From: an uncultured virus (IMG/VR IMGVR_UViG_3300009183_000076)
Lineage: Duplodnaviria > Heunggongvirae > Uroviricota > Caudoviricetes
IMG/VR virus record: IMGVR_UViG_3300009183_000076
DNA length: 64,000 nt
Direction: 5' to 3' (one strand)
Position 1 is the first letter of the stretch. Each line of letters starts with the position of its first letter. Position numbers and translations under genes: made by a program. Positions 27,378 to 37,217 of the stretch are shown here, in pieces. The notes under the pieces are model-generated. The model worked only from the letters and a program-made list of their open reading frames with translations, did not search any database and was not told where the DNA came from.

Positions 27378-28001
27378 TTACATGATCAAAGAGTACCATA
27401 CTGCTTTACTCTTTGTAATTAATTCTTGGGTAGTGTATGATGTTGTGGTTACGAATAATCCCGACTGTCCTACGTCTGGTGTTTGTGCAGAAATAACAGT
27501 ATTGCCTGTTAAGGCACTGGGAGCAACTGATGTGACATTGATTGCAACATTGTCTGCAAATCTAACATAGTTGGCGGTTGAACTAAAAATAGATTGGGCC
27601 AATACATCTAAATTACCCCCCAACTGCGGCGCCGGATCACCAATAATAGATATTGTTCCTGCTCCGGTGCTAGTGGAGATATTGGCAAATGTTGTTCCGT
27701 CAGTGGTTAACGACCATTTATCATATGCTTCATTCCATAATATAGAAACATTGGCTGCAGATCCTCTATCAACTTCAATACCAGCTGAGCCTAAACTTAC
27801 TCCAGATCCCGCTTCACCTTTGTTCAGAGTAATAGTGTTGTCCGAAATACTTAATTCTGTTTTGGTTACCTGTGTAGTATTGCCGCCTACTAATAGGTTA
27901 CCGTCCACAAACATGGTATGTGTAGCAATAATAACATTAGCCAACGACGTTGCTTTGTTAGTGATTGTATAGTTAGAATTTAAACTTTTAACAGCAGACA
28001 T
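27378..28001 (-). CDS. virion/fibre-associated protein
   Basis: 207 aa; DNTITLNKGE...GIEVDRG...LWNE and D.APQLGGNLDV motifs; TAAATA box at 28023-28028. Confidence 0.65.
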   Translation of the reverse strand: MSAVKSLNSNYTITNKATSLANVIIATHTMFVDGNLLVGGNTTQVTKTELSISDNTITLNKGEAGSGVSLGSAGIEVDRGSAANVSILWNEAYDKWSLTTDGTTFANISTSTGAGTISIIGDPAPQLGGNLDVLAQSIFSSTANYVRFADNVAINVTSVAPSALTGNTVISAQTPDVGQSGLFVTTTSYTTQELITKSKAVWYSLIM

Positions 28002-28053
28002 TCTGATTATCCTTATTCAGTGTATTTATGCGGGCTTTACGTTTGCTAATTTC

Positions 28054-28085
28054 AAAAAAAACCCGCCGAAGCGGGTTTATTTTTT
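28054..28085 (-). terminator. intrinsic terminator with C(UUCG)G tetraloop
   Basis: Minus strand AAACCCGC-TTCG-GCGGGTTT followed by a T run; T-rich flank on the plus side too, so possibly bidirectional. Confidence 0.85.
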
Positions 28086-28100
28086 ACCAAAAATTAAATT

Positions 28101-28619
28101 TTAGTGTACTTCTACGTTGGCAAATGTAGCGGTTGCTAGTTGAGTAGCAGCATGACGATAGCGATATTTGACATTACTAAAGCTATAAACGTGTTTGCTT
28201 GTAATACGTTTAGCTGCAAATGGTACTTCTGCAGTAGTGTTTCCTACAATTAGCATTGTGGAAGCTGAGCTAATAGCTGTTGTGTTAGAAGAAGCGTTTG
28301 CGGGAAATGCAGTATTAACCAAGGTGCATAATGTCACACTGGCATTGCTATGAGTTGCGCCGTTAACTGCACCAACTGCATTTGCTACTAGGAACTGATT
28401 TGCTCCTTTTTGTGTAATAATATAAGCATTACCATGATAGATATTGTTACTATCACGGTATGTTACTTTTATCGTTCTGACCCCTGTAGTGGTCACCCAC
28501 TGTGGAATGCCACCAACACCACCAAAATAACTTGATGTTACTGTTGCACTACCTGTTAATCGTTGATCGCTTAATGTACCATTTGCTTGCTTATGAGCAA
28601 TTTTTAGAGCACGTGCCAT
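28101..28619 (-). CDS. virion protein directly downstream of the major capsid gene (possible head decoration protein)
   Basis: 172 aa; strong AAGGAG RBS, own TAAATA box and own terminator suggest high expression. Function inferred from position only. Confidence 0.6.
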   Translation of the reverse strand: MARALKIAHKQANGTLSDQRLTGSATVTSSYFGGVGGIPQWVTTTGVRTIKVTYRDSNNIYHGNAYIITQKGANQFLVANAVGAVNGATHSNASVTLCTLVNTAFPANASSNTTAISSASTMLIVGNTTAEVPFAAKRITSKHVYSFSNVKYRYRHAATQLATATFANVEVH

Positions 28620-28641
28620 TTTACTTCTCCTTTAATTTAGC

Positions 28642-28696
28642 GTTCTAGGCTACTCAAGGTAGGCATTACCTGAGAGTTCTCATTCGAGAGTAGAAC
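28642..28696 (-). promoter_or_regulatory. structured 5' leader (three-way junction candidate)
   Basis: GTTCTA/TAGAAC closing stem enclosing TCTC-GAAT-GAGA and CTCA-GGTA..TACC-T-TGAG hairpins, between the late box and the RBS. Confidence 0.45.
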
Positions 28697-28718
28697 AAGT
28701 ATATTTACCGTAGCCAAC

Positions 28719-28741
28719 AAAAAAGGACCTTGCGGTCCTTT
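28719..28741 (-). terminator. intrinsic terminator after major capsid gene
   Basis: Minus strand AAAGGACC-GCAA-GGTCCTTT followed by TTT. Confidence 0.85.
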
Positions 28742-28771
28742 AATGCTTCCCATCCCGAGGAATTTAAAATA

Positions 28772-29968
28772 TTACTGGAATGATAGGTTAGAAACAGCAA
28801 TTTCACCTAGGTAGTCAGCAGCGTTACCAAACGATGACGCTGTGTTTGTTAACTCGATATAACCATAACGAGTCATGAAACCAACTACTGGCTCAAATGT
28901 GCTAGGATCTAGAACAACACCAGAACTCATTAGAGGAATATATGGGCAGTAGAACGCGGCTGCATCAGCCTCGCTTGAACCCTTATAACCAACTAGAACA
29001 GCTTGGCTGTCGCTTGCATATGAGTCAACATAGATACGCATAGCGCCATTCAATGTACCAACAAACTTAGTGTTTGTAGGAGCTTCGAATGTACCTTCTG
29101 TTGTACGAGCAAATGCTGAAGTTGTTGCGCTTTGTAGAACGGTTAGAGCTGCTGGACTTACAACTGCCCAGTTACCAGCGCCACGACGTGTACGTGAAGC
29201 GATTAGGTTTGCAGTACGATTGATTAGAACAGCTAGTGCAGCGTGTTCGTCACCAACGAATGTTGCAGTACCAGAAACAGCAGCTTGATCAAATGTGAAC
29301 TCAGTTGCTGCTAGGCTACGTAATGAACCTAGAATTTCTTGGTCAATCTCAACAGTGATCTCTTGAGCCAATGCTGCCATGATTTCAGCTTCAATATCTA
29401 AACCATGCATAGCTTGAGCATCTTGAGCTGCCTCAAATGTCCAACGTGCTGCTAGTTTACGTGTCTTAGCTTCAACAACTTGTTTCAAGATTTGAACGTT
29501 GATTCTGTTACCAGTAACACCTTCAAGTGTGCTTGTGCTTGATGCTTTACCAGTAGTAGCAGTGCCACCATTGGTTAGACCGGAATAAGCAACAGCAATC
29601 TTAAATGGGCTTAGTGCTTCATCACCAGCTGTGGTACCAGTAGCGTATGGGCTAGCTGAGTCAGTGGTGTTGTCAGCGTAACGTACACGTAGTGTATGAA
29701 TCTGAGCTACTGGACCTGTCATTGGTTGAACACCAACGATTTCGTTTGCAATAACTGTTGGCATAACACGACGAATAACTGGTAGAATTACGCGGTTTAG
29801 TGTTGCAACGTTTGAAGCAGCAGTGGCACCTGCAGTTGCAGTTTCCATCAAGTGCTTGCGGGTGTTTTCAAGAATTACACCCATTGTGGTTCTCTTTGAA
29901 CCATTTAAGCCTTCTAACAGAGCGTCTTTAGTATCGCCCCAACGGCTTTCTAGTAGTGCTTGTGACAT
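28772..29968 (-). CDS. gp23: major capsid protein (T4 gp23-like)
   Basis: LPVIRRVMP..IANEIVGVQPMTGP, KTRKL.A.WT.EAAQD....HG.D.EAE, FYCPYIPL and GFMTRYG motifs. Confidence 0.97.
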   Translation of the reverse strand: MSQALLESRWGDTKDALLEGLNGSKRTTMGVILENTRKHLMETATAGATAASNVATLNRVILPVIRRVMPTVIANEIVGVQPMTGPVAQIHTLRVRYADNTTDSASPYATGTTAGDEALSPFKIAVAYSGLTNGGTATTGKASSTSTLEGVTGNRINVQILKQVVEAKTRKLAARWTFEAAQDAQAMHGLDIEAEIMAALAQEITVEIDQEILGSLRSLAATEFTFDQAAVSGTATFVGDEHAALAVLINRTANLIASRTRRGAGNWAVVSPAALTVLQSATTSAFARTTEGTFEAPTNTKFVGTLNGAMRIYVDSYASDSQAVLVGYKGSSEADAAAFYCPYIPLMSSGVVLDPSTFEPVVGFMTRYGYIELTNTASSFGNAADYLGEIAVSNLSFQ

Positions 29969-29998
29969 AATTTTCCTTTTCTCCTATTTAGGGTTTAC

Positions 29999-31102
29999 TT
30001 ATAGCCCTGCTAAACGTTTTAGTTCAACAACATTATTCATGCTGTCAATTCTTTCGGCGTTAGTCTTAGCAGTTTTATCTCCAGTTACTTCTGTACGGCT
30101 TTCTGCCAACATAGCTTTAGGCTGTGCTGCAGGCTTGGCTGTATTATTTAAAACAGCTGGAAGATACTTTTCGTATGCACTCTGCAACTTAGCAGTTTGC
30201 ACACTTTCAAGAAGTTCGCTCATTACTGCAGCTTTCTCCTTGTTTAAAGTTTTCAATAGAGCATTGATTGTTTCTTTACGCTCTGTTGATTCTTTAATAA
30301 TTCTAATCTCTTTGTCTTTTGATTCAACAATCATTGTAGCCGAATCAGCTTGCTTTTTAGCTTCCGCTAATGCTTGCTCTTTGGCAGCAACAACAGCCTG
30401 TAGCTTACGAATTTCTTTGTTCTCGTTTAAATGAGTAACAGCAAATTCACTTGCAAAGGCTTCAAAGATTTGACGACCAAACATGTTTTCACGTGCCAGG
30501 TGGATGTCTTCTTTGAGTTGAGTCATTTCTGACTCTAGTTTTCTGGTAATTGATTCTTTAACTAGTTCTGCAGAACGAGCAATGAAGTTCTTCTGTAGTT
30601 CAGCAAGTTTAGTCTTAGCACCAGCGATTAGACGAACTTTTGTCTCAACCACTGCCTGCTTGTCTTGCTCAAACTCTTGAATTTCTTCTGCCAATTGTTT
30701 GATAACAAACTTTTCTAGACCAGCAATGCTGTTCTCGTATTGTTTGCGATCTTCACGCAATTCTTTAATTTCTTCAGCCAGTTTCCCAACCAAGAAATTA
30801 TTGAATTTTTCAGCACTCTCTGTCATGTGAGTTTTAAATTTCACACGATCTTCTGCTAGAGCTTGTTTCTCTGCTGCAAACTCTTCAAGTTCGCTTTGTA
30901 GAGATTCAGTTACCATTTTGTCTAGAGCTTCAACCATTACTTGCTTGTCATGTTGATAGCGTTGGGCAAATTCTTCGCGAAGTTCTGCACGAGCTACCTC
31001 TTTGGCTTCAGAAAGTCTAGCTTCCCAAGCTTCATTGATCGCTTGTTGAGTGTCTTCGTTAATGATGCCACTATCTAACAATGGTTTGATAGCATCTAAC
31101 AT
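29999..31102 (-). CDS. gp22: prohead scaffolding protein (gp22-like)
   Basis: 367 aa E/K/A-rich coiled coil between the protease and capsid genes. Confidence 0.85.
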   Translation of the reverse strand: MLDAIKPLLDSGIINEDTQQAINEAWEARLSEAKEVARAELREEFAQRYQHDKQVMVEALDKMVTESLQSELEEFAAEKQALAEDRVKFKTHMTESAEKFNNFLVGKLAEEIKELREDRKQYENSIAGLEKFVIKQLAEEIQEFEQDKQAVVETKVRLIAGAKTKLAELQKNFIARSAELVKESITRKLESEMTQLKEDIHLARENMFGRQIFEAFASEFAVTHLNENKEIRKLQAVVAAKEQALAEAKKQADSATMIVESKDKEIRIIKESTERKETINALLKTLNKEKAAVMSELLESVQTAKLQSAYEKYLPAVLNNTAKPAAQPKAMLAESRTEVTGDKTAKTNAERIDSMNNVVELKRLAGL

Positions 31103-31112
31103 CAGGTTTCTC

Positions 31113-31754
31113 CTATTTTAACTTAAGGTCATTGATAAGGCGTGTAATGCCTTCTTTCATGTACTTTTGTACTCTTTGATCTTGTGTAGCATCACGAGCT
31201 ACATCTAAAACACGGTGTCCGTGGCGCATATTCATAAGTCCTTCGTAAATCGCTTTTGGATATGCATGAGGGGCACTGGGTTGAGCTACTATATCAACGG
31301 TAATAATATCAAAACCGCTAACATGTCCTGTACTTTCATTTACTTCTCCGCTTCCACGGCTACTAACACCCAACTTGACACCACTAGTAATCATTGCCTC
31401 AACAAGTTTACCCATCGGAGTTGGTAGAATCTTTAGTTTACCATGTCCACAAGGACCGTCCATCCACATACCTTCAATCATGTGTGATACACGATCCAAA
31501 TTAATCTTTAAGTCATCAGGGTGATCAACTTCACCAAGGACACTATGGCCTTCCTTGATTTGTTCGTTGATCTGACTAACGGCTTTTGTTATTTCGTGAA
31601 TGGGATAAACACGTTGGTTAGCGTTCTTCACACCGCCCTCGATGAATATCCCTTTCATATATAGATTCTTACCTTGACCAGTTGTGGAGTCCTCGGTAAG
31701 GACTTCCATCTGTGCCCGATCAAAAGTAAGATTCTCTTTTAGGTACAAAGCCAT
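31113..31754 (-). CDS. gp21: prohead core protease (gp21-like)
   Basis: GIF......N.N.RVYP, LGEVDHP, RVSH, KILPTPMG, LGVSSRGSG and D.VA.PSAP.AY motifs. Confidence 0.95.
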   Translation of the reverse strand: MALYLKENLTFDRAQMEVLTEDSTTGQGKNLYMKGIFIEGGVKNANQRVYPIHEITKAVSQINEQIKEGHSVLGEVDHPDDLKINLDRVSHMIEGMWMDGPCGHGKLKILPTPMGKLVEAMITSGVKLGVSSRGSGEVNESTGHVSGFDIITVDIVAQPSAPHAYPKAIYEGLMNMRHGHRVLDVARDATQDQRVQKYMKEGITRLINDLKLK

Positions 31755-31767
31755 ATTATTGCCCTAA

Positions 31768-32721
31768 TTAGTTACCACCAGTTTCGATACTGGTTTTGTT
31801 AGTACCGCTATCTTCGCCCTTTTTAGCTGCAGCTTTGGTGCCATACCAATCTTGAGCACCTTTGTTGCCGCCTGGCTTGTTAACATTGCGTTTAGCAACA
31901 TCAATTTCCTGTGCGTTCTTTAAGAATCCGCCAGCTTTGCCGTTTGGACTGTTACCGTCTGGATCTTGTTCACTGCCACCTTTAGCGATGTTTTGTGATG
32001 TTCCGCCCATGTCGTTCTTGCCTGCTAGTGGGTTCTTGGTGTTGCCGGCTGCTTTGTCGCCGCCTGCGCTAGTACCAACTGGGGCAAACTCTGTGTTACC
32101 TGGAGCAGCAACTTTTTCTACGTATTCACGCATTAAGTCAACTGCAGTTTTAGGATAGGCTTTACGTTGAACTGATTCAGACATTTCTTTGTCGTCATCT
32201 TCTTCTTTTTCTTCATCTTCATCTTCTTCGTCAGCAGCTTCCATCATTTCGTCGCCAACTTCATCGTCAGACTCGTCGTCACCGCCCATGTCCATTTCAT
32301 CTTCGCCATTGTTGTCGTTTTCATCATCGCCCATCAAAGCGTCAAATTCTGCTTTAAGTGCTTCCAACTCTGACTCAAGATCCATAACTTTTGATTCTAA
32401 ATCTTGTTCGCCGTCCATGTCATCCATGCCCATGTCGTCGCCCATGTCATCCATGTCATCCATGTCATCCATGCCCATGTCGTCACCGCCCATGTCCATT
32501 TCATCATTGCCTTCGGCTTGCATAGTTTCGTCTGCAGTAATTTCATCCATCATACCTTCAACTGGATTACCAGCATGGATATCTTCTTCTGCATACTCTT
32601 CGTCCATCAAGGACTCATAAATGTCACGTGATTTCTCAACCACGATTTGGTGAAACAATGCACGGGCCTTGGCTTCGTCATCGTTTATAATGTGTTCAAT
32701 TAGCTGTTCATATTTGTTCAT
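31768..32721 (-). CDS. highly acidic prohead core-like protein
   Basis: 317 aa with D/E/M-rich low-complexity tracts; same position as T4 prohead core genes between portal and protease; TAAATA box at 32755-32760. Confidence 0.7.
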   Translation of the reverse strand: MNKYEQLIEHIINDDEAKARALFHQIVVEKSRDIYESLMDEEYAEEDIHAGNPVEGMMDEITADETMQAEGNDEMDMGGDDMGMDDMDDMDDMGDDMGMDDMDGEQDLESKVMDLESELEALKAEFDALMGDDENDNNGEDEMDMGGDDESDDEVGDEMMEAADEEDEDEEKEEDDDKEMSESVQRKAYPKTAVDLMREYVEKVAAPGNTEFAPVGTSAGGDKAAGNTKNPLAGKNDMGGTSQNIAKGGSEQDPDGNSPNGKAGGFLKNAQEIDVAKRNVNKPGGNKGAQDWYGTKAAAKKGEDSGTNKTSIETGGN

Positions 32722-32815
32722 TAGGAACTCCTTATAATAATATGGCTTGTAATCTATTTACTAAACTACATAGATTACGGGGTTAAATGGGTGTTTTTTG
32801 AAGGATTTTGTAGGA

Positions 32816-33037
32816 CTATACCGCAGGAGCGGCTGCTGGAAGCTTGTATTGCTTGGTGATTTGTTCTAATTTGTTTTCGTGTTCTACTTTGCGTACATCA
32901 TTTGCCATGCGTAGACGATTTAAATCGCCTAGTGTTAACCGACTTTTACGAAGATCTTTTAACTTTATTGTCGTTTGGTCATCTGCTACTGAGTGGTAGC
33001 CTGGCTTAGCAGGTTCGAATAATTCACAAATTATCAT
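32816..33037 (-). CDS. small head-module protein
   Basis: 73 aa with RKSRLTL..LNRLR motif; between portal and core genes; TAAATA box at 33043-33048. Confidence 0.65.
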   Translation of the reverse strand: MIICELFEPAKPGYHSVADDQTTIKLKDLRKSRLTLGDLNRLRMANDVRKVEHENKLEQITKQYKLPAAAPAV

Positions 33038-33061
33038 AATACTATTTAACCAAATTGTTAA

Positions 33062-34780
33062 TTATACGCCCATTGGGGCTGCTTGTGCGCCTGCTGCAGC
33101 ACCTGGCGTTGGACCTGACATTGGGCTCATTCCTTCTGTCCCGCCTGGTGAAGCTCCTACTCCTAACTCACCTTCGGTAGGCGGTGTTACTGCATCAAGA
33201 TCGCCTGCAATGGCGCCAGGGCTGATACCCACGCTACGTAAACTTGGATCTTCTACTGGTGCTGCTTCAACGTCACCTTGCTCTTCAGCCCACATTGTTT
33301 CGTTTTCGCTCATCTCTTGCTCGGTCAATCCTAGATAACGCTTCATTAGCCAGCGTTTGCTCATGTACGGAGTTTGTTCTAGTGCAACAAATGTATTGAT
33401 CCTGGCTTGATCTATGTCTGCTTGACGATATTGTGCAAAGTTTTGCGGTTCTTCAAATATTAAATCAAATAGTTGTCCGTCAATGTTAATACCACGCCAA
33501 CGCATAAACAACTTAAACTCTTGATCTAATTTGTCTACAATCATTGCCTGTAAACGTTTACAGTATTGATTGAAACGCCATTCTTGTATAAGAGCAGTAC
33601 CCACACGCCCATCGCTTACTGCTTGAGTACCGTCGTCTAATCCGGTGGGCAGATAACTGCTGGGAATACGTAATCCACGGAATAGTTTATTGGTAAAAAA
33701 CTTTAGATCAGTGATTTCGCCTAGGTTTTGACCACCTGGGAATACATCAATACTGGATCCACGCCCGTCTGCGCCTTGTGGGAAAAAGTAATCTTCCATC
33801 ATGCTCAAAGGATTATATGTGGCGTCCATCATGTTAGCACCGCCACCAGTTTGTGTAGGAATTCTACGCTGATGTATTTCGTTTTTGATACGTTCTACAT
33901 AGGCCATTGCCATGTGTGTTGGCATGTTACCTACGTCAATTTTGAATACTCTACGTTCTGGTGCACGTTGTACACGATAGATAATAATACTATCTTCTAG
34001 CAGTTCTTTCTGCTTAAAAACCTTAAAAACGTTCTCTAACACACTGTTACCAAAGGGCCAATATACATCCAATCCCTCTGTTAAACTGACGTGCATAATG
34101 TGTTCTGCGTTAATTGCACTTTCGTTTTGCGCATGAGTAAAACGACTTCCGCCGCTATAAGGACTGGCAGGTTGCACATATGATCCACTTGGTCCGCCCA
34201 CTTGCGGGTGATTGATGTACGTGTCTGATGTTGAAACTGCTGTAACAGTTAAGTTCTGAAAGTTGGGATTAATCTCTTTAAGAATGTATTGTTCGGGCTT
34301 TTTGCCTTCTGCTTCGTTGACAATAACTTTAACTACTTTGGTCATCTCTACCCAAAACAACTTGAATGTTTCAGGGTCTCTAACAAACACTTGATCGCCA
34401 TACTTGATAGTATTACGAATAATCTTAAAGATTCTTTTGTTAAGTTCATTTAATGCAACCCATTGCTGTAGCTGCTCTTTGATAATCTTGACTTCGTTGT
34501 CTGTGGGCTTTTCTTTAAAATGAATATCAAATGCAGTATTATTAGATTCATTCTTTTGAGTCATAAACTCAGCCAGTATGTCTAATGCTGCATTAATCTC
34601 TGAATCCATGTCCATTTGTTCGTACTGATTATAACGTTCAGTACGATTTGGATGCCCAATATAAACTTCTGGTAAGTTGCTTTGATAGTTGCGATAGCCA
34701 GGATCAGGTGAACGTCCTGATCCAAGTGGGCTTACGTTGCTAGGTAGATTGCTGCTTTTAAAATATTTACGCCAGGTCAT
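33062..34780 (-). CDS. gp20: portal protein (gp20-like)
   Basis: LLEDSIIIYRVQRAPERRVFKIDVGNMP, EDYFFP...GRGS, GGQNLGEI.D and L..GLRIP.S motifs. Confidence 0.96.
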   Translation of the reverse strand: MTWRKYFKSSNLPSNVSPLGSGRSPDPGYRNYQSNLPEVYIGHPNRTERYNQYEQMDMDSEINAALDILAEFMTQKNESNNTAFDIHFKEKPTDNEVKIIKEQLQQWVALNELNKRIFKIIRNTIKYGDQVFVRDPETFKLFWVEMTKVVKVIVNEAEGKKPEQYILKEINPNFQNLTVTAVSTSDTYINHPQVGGPSGSYVQPASPYSGGSRFTHAQNESAINAEHIMHVSLTEGLDVYWPFGNSVLENVFKVFKQKELLEDSIIIYRVQRAPERRVFKIDVGNMPTHMAMAYVERIKNEIHQRRIPTQTGGGANMMDATYNPLSMMEDYFFPQGADGRGSSIDVFPGGQNLGEITDLKFFTNKLFRGLRIPSSYLPTGLDDGTQAVSDGRVGTALIQEWRFNQYCKRLQAMIVDKLDQEFKLFMRWRGINIDGQLFDLIFEEPQNFAQYRQADIDQARINTFVALEQTPYMSKRWLMKRYLGLTEQEMSENETMWAEEQGDVEAAPVEDPSLRSVGISPGAIAGDLDAVTPPTEGELGVGASPGGTEGMSPMSGPTPGAAAGAQAAPMGV

Positions 34781-34809
34781 AAGAGTTCCAGGATATGCTA
34801 TATTTACCG

Positions 34810-37164
34810 CTACGAAAGCTCGTTAGCTATTCTTTCATTGACCCTGGTATTTTCGCTCATTGCATCTATTAGATCTTTGAGCTTGTCAATTTGCTCTTGC
34901 AACATGCTCTGCTGTGTTTTATTATTATCAATCAATTGATTTTTAAATTCTGTTATGGGAGTAACAAAACCAGATGGGCCGGCTAATACCTTTTCCAAAG
35001 CAGTTTGCAATGCCGTTGGTAGTTCTTCAATATTCTCGTTTGGCTTAATTGTTGCTGCTCGATCTGACGCTGCCTGTGCCTGTTGCTTAATTGATTGCAA
35101 CGTTGATGCAAAGTTTTCTTGCATTTGTCCCGGAGAACGTTGGTCAGGTTGTTGTAATTGTTGAGATAGTGCAGTTAACATCGAGCTTGGTAATATTGTA
35201 CCAGGCGAATCAAATACACGAAGTTCCGGACCTTCTTCGCCCACAATATAAGGCATATTGGCAGATACAGGACCACCAGCTGCACGTCGCCCTGGTGTTG
35301 CAGCAGGCTGATTACCGCTAAATGCATAACTTCGCATCCAATCGCCCAATGTTCCTTTTATTGAGTTCCATCCAAGTTCCATACCTTGCTTGACTGCCGG
35401 TACTAGATCTTTTAATAATCTGTCAACCCCACCAGAGACATCTGTTGGTCCTGATGGCACCCCCGTTATTTTAGTTGCTGCTGATTTAAGCACATCGGTG
35501 GTAAGACTAGTAGTGTTTTTAAGTAACTCTGCGTATTGCGGTAGATATTTGCTTGATAGTTCTTGTGTAAACACTCCAAACTTCTGTGTAGAATCTGCAG
35601 CATCTACCATGCTCTTGGTTAATAGATCTTGTGTTTTTACTTGTTTTTCTTGTGCTGTTATACTGTTTGATATAGTGTCTTTACCATATAACGCCGATGC
35701 TGTAGCATCGTTTATCATTTTATTAATTTCACCAAGTCCTGATGCGCCTAGCCTAGACACTTGACCAATTACTGCATTGCCTTCTTGAGCCTGACGTCTT
35801 TGCTCTTCCCCAACTTCCCTGGCATTATCACCTGTTGTTTTTAGTACTTGAGTAGTGCTGACACTTGCATCTTTGATTTGAGCAAATCCTTGCTCGTACA
35901 TTGGCATTAATTTAGCATTCTGCGCCATGAATAGGTTTGTAGCACTGTCTGTAATTACTTGACCACCACTGCTTACATATTCTAAGAATCCTTTTTTAGC
36001 ATAGTCCGGCATTGATGATAACGCATTTTGAAATTTTTTAATTTCCTCAGGAGTTTTTAATTGAGCCATAATATCAGCTTCCATAGAAACTTGTCTAGCT
36101 CTTTCCATTGCTGCTTTTGCGTCTTGTCCTGTTATATCTGCTAAAATTTTTAAATCTGCTGCATACTGTTTGGTGCCTTCGGCTACTTTTTTAGCATCCA
36201 TATCGCGTATTTTTTCTGCGCTCATTACACCGCGTAGACTAGCTAGATAGCCGGCAGTTAGTTCTGTTTGCTCTTCAATCCCGTAGCCCATTAGCCTGAG
36301 CTCTTTTCTAAAGCTTGTGCCTCCTTTGGTGCCTTGAGCATTAAACTCATTCATGTAATTGCTATACCGTGCCAACATCAACGACCCGTCGGCTACGTTA
36401 GCACCAAACTTACCAATATCTTGTCTTGATGCTTTAATTGCAGTTGTAAATTGATCAACAGTCATACCAGCTGCAGTAGAGTACAAACGTAAATCGCTTA
36501 TGCTCTCTGTGAAGCTAGCGCCCATCTTATTAAATTGACTGTAATTCTTTATAGTGCCAGTGAGTTCCTGCGCCATGTGACTGTTTAGTTCAGTCAATAC
36601 TGTACCAATTATACCAGCTGATCCTTCAATGGACTTGCCAAACAGATCACCTAATTTACCTAACCCCGGCACAGAACTAACAATACCACCTGCTGCAGAA
36701 CCAAAGACGCCCACACCTTTGACTGCCAACCCAATGGCCATGTTCAGTGAGTTAGCGGATTTCTGTATAGGGCTAGTAAATACATCGCCTGAAAAAATCT
36801 TGGTCCACTGAGAAATTATACTCCCAGAAACAAACAGCAGATCCTTGCCAAATTGTTGTACTTGCGCCCCCATCATGCTGAAGCCGCGATTTGTACTATC
36901 TAAGTTATCTGTTATTCTGCTGTAAAACGATGATGATGCGCTACCTGCTTGCTTGGCCGATGAAGCCATGGTGCTAAATGAAGATGTAGCATCTTCGGCG
37001 CTGGCCGATTGCTTACGCAACAGGTTTGATACGTCTGAATCAGAACGACGCTGTCGCCCAATTGCACTTTGGGTAACACTTAATAAAGCCTTCAGGGTAT
37101 CTTCTTGGGCAGCATTTTGCGCCCTAACACTTCCTATTCCCGGAATGTCAACATTTACAGACAT
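34810..37164 (-). CDS. tape-measure-like / baseplate hub protein
   Basis: 784 aa, largely helical A/S/Q/K-rich, with RAAGGPV....PYIVGEEGPE motif typical of tape-measure C-termini. Confidence 0.65.
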   Translation of the reverse strand: MSVNVDIPGIGSVRAQNAAQEDTLKALLSVTQSAIGRQRRSDSDVSNLLRKQSASAEDATSSFSTMASSAKQAGSASSSFYSRITDNLDSTNRGFSMMGAQVQQFGKDLLFVSGSIISQWTKIFSGDVFTSPIQKSANSLNMAIGLAVKGVGVFGSAAGGIVSSVPGLGKLGDLFGKSIEGSAGIIGTVLTELNSHMAQELTGTIKNYSQFNKMGASFTESISDLRLYSTAAGMTVDQFTTAIKASRQDIGKFGANVADGSLMLARYSNYMNEFNAQGTKGGTSFRKELRLMGYGIEEQTELTAGYLASLRGVMSAEKIRDMDAKKVAEGTKQYAADLKILADITGQDAKAAMERARQVSMEADIMAQLKTPEEIKKFQNALSSMPDYAKKGFLEYVSSGGQVITDSATNLFMAQNAKLMPMYEQGFAQIKDASVSTTQVLKTTGDNAREVGEEQRRQAQEGNAVIGQVSRLGASGLGEINKMINDATASALYGKDTISNSITAQEKQVKTQDLLTKSMVDAADSTQKFGVFTQELSSKYLPQYAELLKNTTSLTTDVLKSAATKITGVPSGPTDVSGGVDRLLKDLVPAVKQGMELGWNSIKGTLGDWMRSYAFSGNQPAATPGRRAAGGPVSANMPYIVGEEGPELRVFDSPGTILPSSMLTALSQQLQQPDQRSPGQMQENFASTLQSIKQQAQAASDRAATIKPNENIEELPTALQTALEKVLAGPSGFVTPITEFKNQLIDNNKTQQSMLQEQIDKLKDLIDAMSENTRVNERIANELS

Positions 37165-37176
37165 GAGTTTTTTACC

Positions 37177-37184
37177 TATAAATA
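37177..37184 (+). promoter_or_regulatory. T4-type late promoter TATAAATA
   Basis: Exact T4 late consensus about 34 bp upstream of 37218. Confidence 0.8.
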
Positions 37185-37196
37185 CTTAATCAATTA

Positions 37197-37202
37197 TATT
37201 TA
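37197..37202 (-). promoter_or_regulatory. late promoter core TAAATA for the tape-measure-like gene
   Basis: CATAAATA on the minus strand, 33 bp upstream of the ATG at 37164. Confidence 0.7.
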
Positions 37203-37217
37203 TGGGAACTCAACACC

